Origin: Penicillus capitatus
Lineage: Eukaryota > Plantae > Chlorophyta
NCBI GenBank assembly: GCA_965649825.1
Contig: OZ287709.1
Span: 434,001 to 498,000, forward strand
Direction: 5' to 3'
DNA length: 64,000 bases
Shown here: one piece after another, positions 62,288-64,000 of the stretch
Layout of the letters: every line of letters begins with the position of its first letter
Numbering within the stretch: position 1 is the first letter of the stretch
Made by a program: the position numbers and the translations under genes
Notes under the pieces: model-generated
Database searches by the model: none
The model's input: the letters and a program-made list of their open reading frames with translations, nothing else
What the model was told of the DNA's origin: nothing

Positions 62288-62920
62288 ATGTCTTCACGCA
62301 CCCCATACGATAGAGCATCGAAGAGAAGAGCCATCGAACGAATTCGCACCATGGCCACAGGTCAAGTAAGCACAACCTCTAAAACTGCCACTATAACCCT
62401 AGCAATTACCTGTCTTGTCTTAGGAAACCCCAATGCCGCCTCCAGAGCAGCACCAGCCTCAAGCAGACGTCGAGTAGGACACGGAACCATCTGCCAACGA
62501 CATCCAGCCAGGGGAGGAAATGGAGGTGGACCAGGCGCACAGAGTCTGGCTGCAGAATCTTCTGGTGAGCTCGGACCCGGTGGACCTTCTTTGTCAACTC
62601 GACCACTACGAGTTGGAAAGAATCCTCGGCAAACCCATGCAGAGACTCGAGCAGGGTATGAAAACTCTGTTGTTATATTAAGAACGACATTTGTTTCTTT
62701 TGGAGTGATCACCGAAGACGATCAACTGACCGGCGAAGCATACGTTGACTTTGAGAGTGTCGAAATCGCCGCAACCGCTGCCGACTTGGCACTCGAGCTC
62801 AACGGTGCAAAAATCAATGGCCAACCAATCACGATCTGTCGATCAATTACAGAAGTCCAAACATTAAATAGATACTCACACTACTCTCAAACCAATCTTT
62901 CTTCCTTCAATTTGCGATAG
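62288..62920 (+). pseudogene. Intron-containing RRM protein gene, probably disrupted
   Basis: 26-codon exon 1, 58-nt intron 62366-62423, in-frame TAG at 62475, then HRVWLQNL (RNP2-like); in another frame LRTTFVSFGVI...TGEAYVDF...LNGAKINGQPITI (RNP1 and helix), joinable by a putative 56-nt intron 62565-62620. Confidence 0.6.
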
Positions 62921-62955
62921 CACGAATTAAAGGATGAAAGATTGGCTTGAGAGTA
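62882..62955. other. 31-bp inverted repeat (hairpin) with 12-nt loop
   Basis: tactctcaaaccaatctttcttccttcaatt / aattaaaggatgaaagattggcttgagagta, 3 mismatches. Confidence 0.9.
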
Positions 62956-63249
62956 AGGATTTAGCCCTCGGTCTGAAAACGTTGAAGAGGAACTACGTTT
63001 TATTTTCGTACCATTCGACCATGCGGTAAAAATCGACAGACCAAAACACAAAACGGTTGCATGAAAGGACACGCTTTCATAGAATTTCACTCATCATACG
63101 AGAAAGCTTAAAGCATAGCGATTATTGCCTCTCCTTTAGCTTTGCTTTTAGGAATCCGTTTACTCTTTTGGACGATGACGAAGAAAGAATGGAGACTAAG
63201 AATCTAAAACGCGAATGAGCCTGGGACATGATGAAGGCCCTAGTTCTTT

Positions 63250-63900
63250 GAGACGATTGTAAAACTCCGAAAGATTTGGACCCAGAACAATGAAGAATGC
63301 TTTTAAGATGTTACCGTTAGCTGAAGATTCATCGCTAAGTACGGAAGCGCGTAAAAACGTCGTTTACTGCCACGTGATCAATGTGAACGCAATTACAACA
63401 ATGTCATCAACAGTGTGGCGCTCCTGGCCACATTCGCGCAGCTGACAAAGAAAAGGTTTAGATGACGTTCAAAAGTCTTCATTGACTCTTTAAGACACCA
63501 AAGATATTGATTGCATAGCGCTGCACAATGCTTCTGGTATGTCATCAATAACAAGAGACGGATATGCTGACTGCGTCAGTTTTGAAGGCAGAACGAGCAA
63601 AATAGTGTTTCTAAACGATATGCTTCTAAATGTCAAAGGCACATCCTGGTGATCAAAATCTACTTGCCGATTGCCTAGTATCAACTGCAAGGAAGATATG
63701 AGCCAGAACGAAGCCTAGAATTCGACAGAAAGGACTTGTTTTGATGAAGAGGCGTTACGGTTTTTCTGCATCCGTTCTTAATACCAATCATTCGTGGTCA
63801 CAGAATTTAGTTATGGTAAAGTCAAAACTGCATGTGACCTAAGAAATTGCAGCGCAGATGATTCGGCTTCGTGTATGATGAGAACTCGACATGAAAAAAT
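63250..63900 (-). mobile_element. Decayed non-LTR reverse transcriptase relic
   Basis: With stops: SFDFT..F.DH (domain 3-like), LGNRQV, SLVIDDIPEAL, then in the same frame TVDDIVVIA.T...Q...LSDESSANG (cf. F/YADDxVLxA...LxxES..G). Confidence 0.4.
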
Positions 63901-64000
63901 ATATTGAGTGAACATGTTTGCACAGAATTCGAATACAAAATCAAAGCACATAATAGTCCACTAAACTTTGGCGGACCAATGAAAAGATTGTCGATGCGCA

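Noticed and set aside
62475-62477. TAG read as Gln (ulvophycean non-canonical code)
   Set aside because: Conserved genes here terminate at TAG/TAA (GAPDH, CDK, PP2C, Canopy), and long ORFs contain no internal TAR codons.

Overview
Gene-dense eukaryotic window (about 50% GC, many 40-60 nt GT-AG introns, standard code) from a green-lineage alga. This is inferred from isoamylase ISA3, fibrillin, TGD5, plastid-type AspAT and PurF; the taxon cannot be fixed from sequence alone. About 28 protein genes are recognisable, including GAPDH, RPB11, TGD5, GDT1, NTF2/G3BP-like, NAA15, IFRD, RNase II, an ankyrin-RBR ligase, ADPRM, PP2C, an SR protein, ABHD11-like, bZIP, Patched-like, PurF, ISA3, fibrillin, DUF179, Canopy, two AspAT copies, a HAT/TPR protein and a CDK. 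Accessory or decayed blocks lie at 1-2.1 kb (hAT-like relic), 9.6-15.2 kb and 62-64 kb. Best leads: (1) a tandem AspAT paralogue that has lost the PLP lysine, R266 and R386 but keeps its introns, open frame and the trans-acting Y70/R292, and shares a 482-nt tract with the active copy that differs only at 8 synonymous sites and ends at the lysine codon; (2) two homologous modules 47 kb apart (conserved ~120-nt leader, perfect minisatellite with a different unit in each copy, 26-codon exon, 57/58-nt intron, RRM-like ORF in one copy). All family calls come from motif recognition by eye, with no database searches. Several exon boundaries and start codons are approximate.
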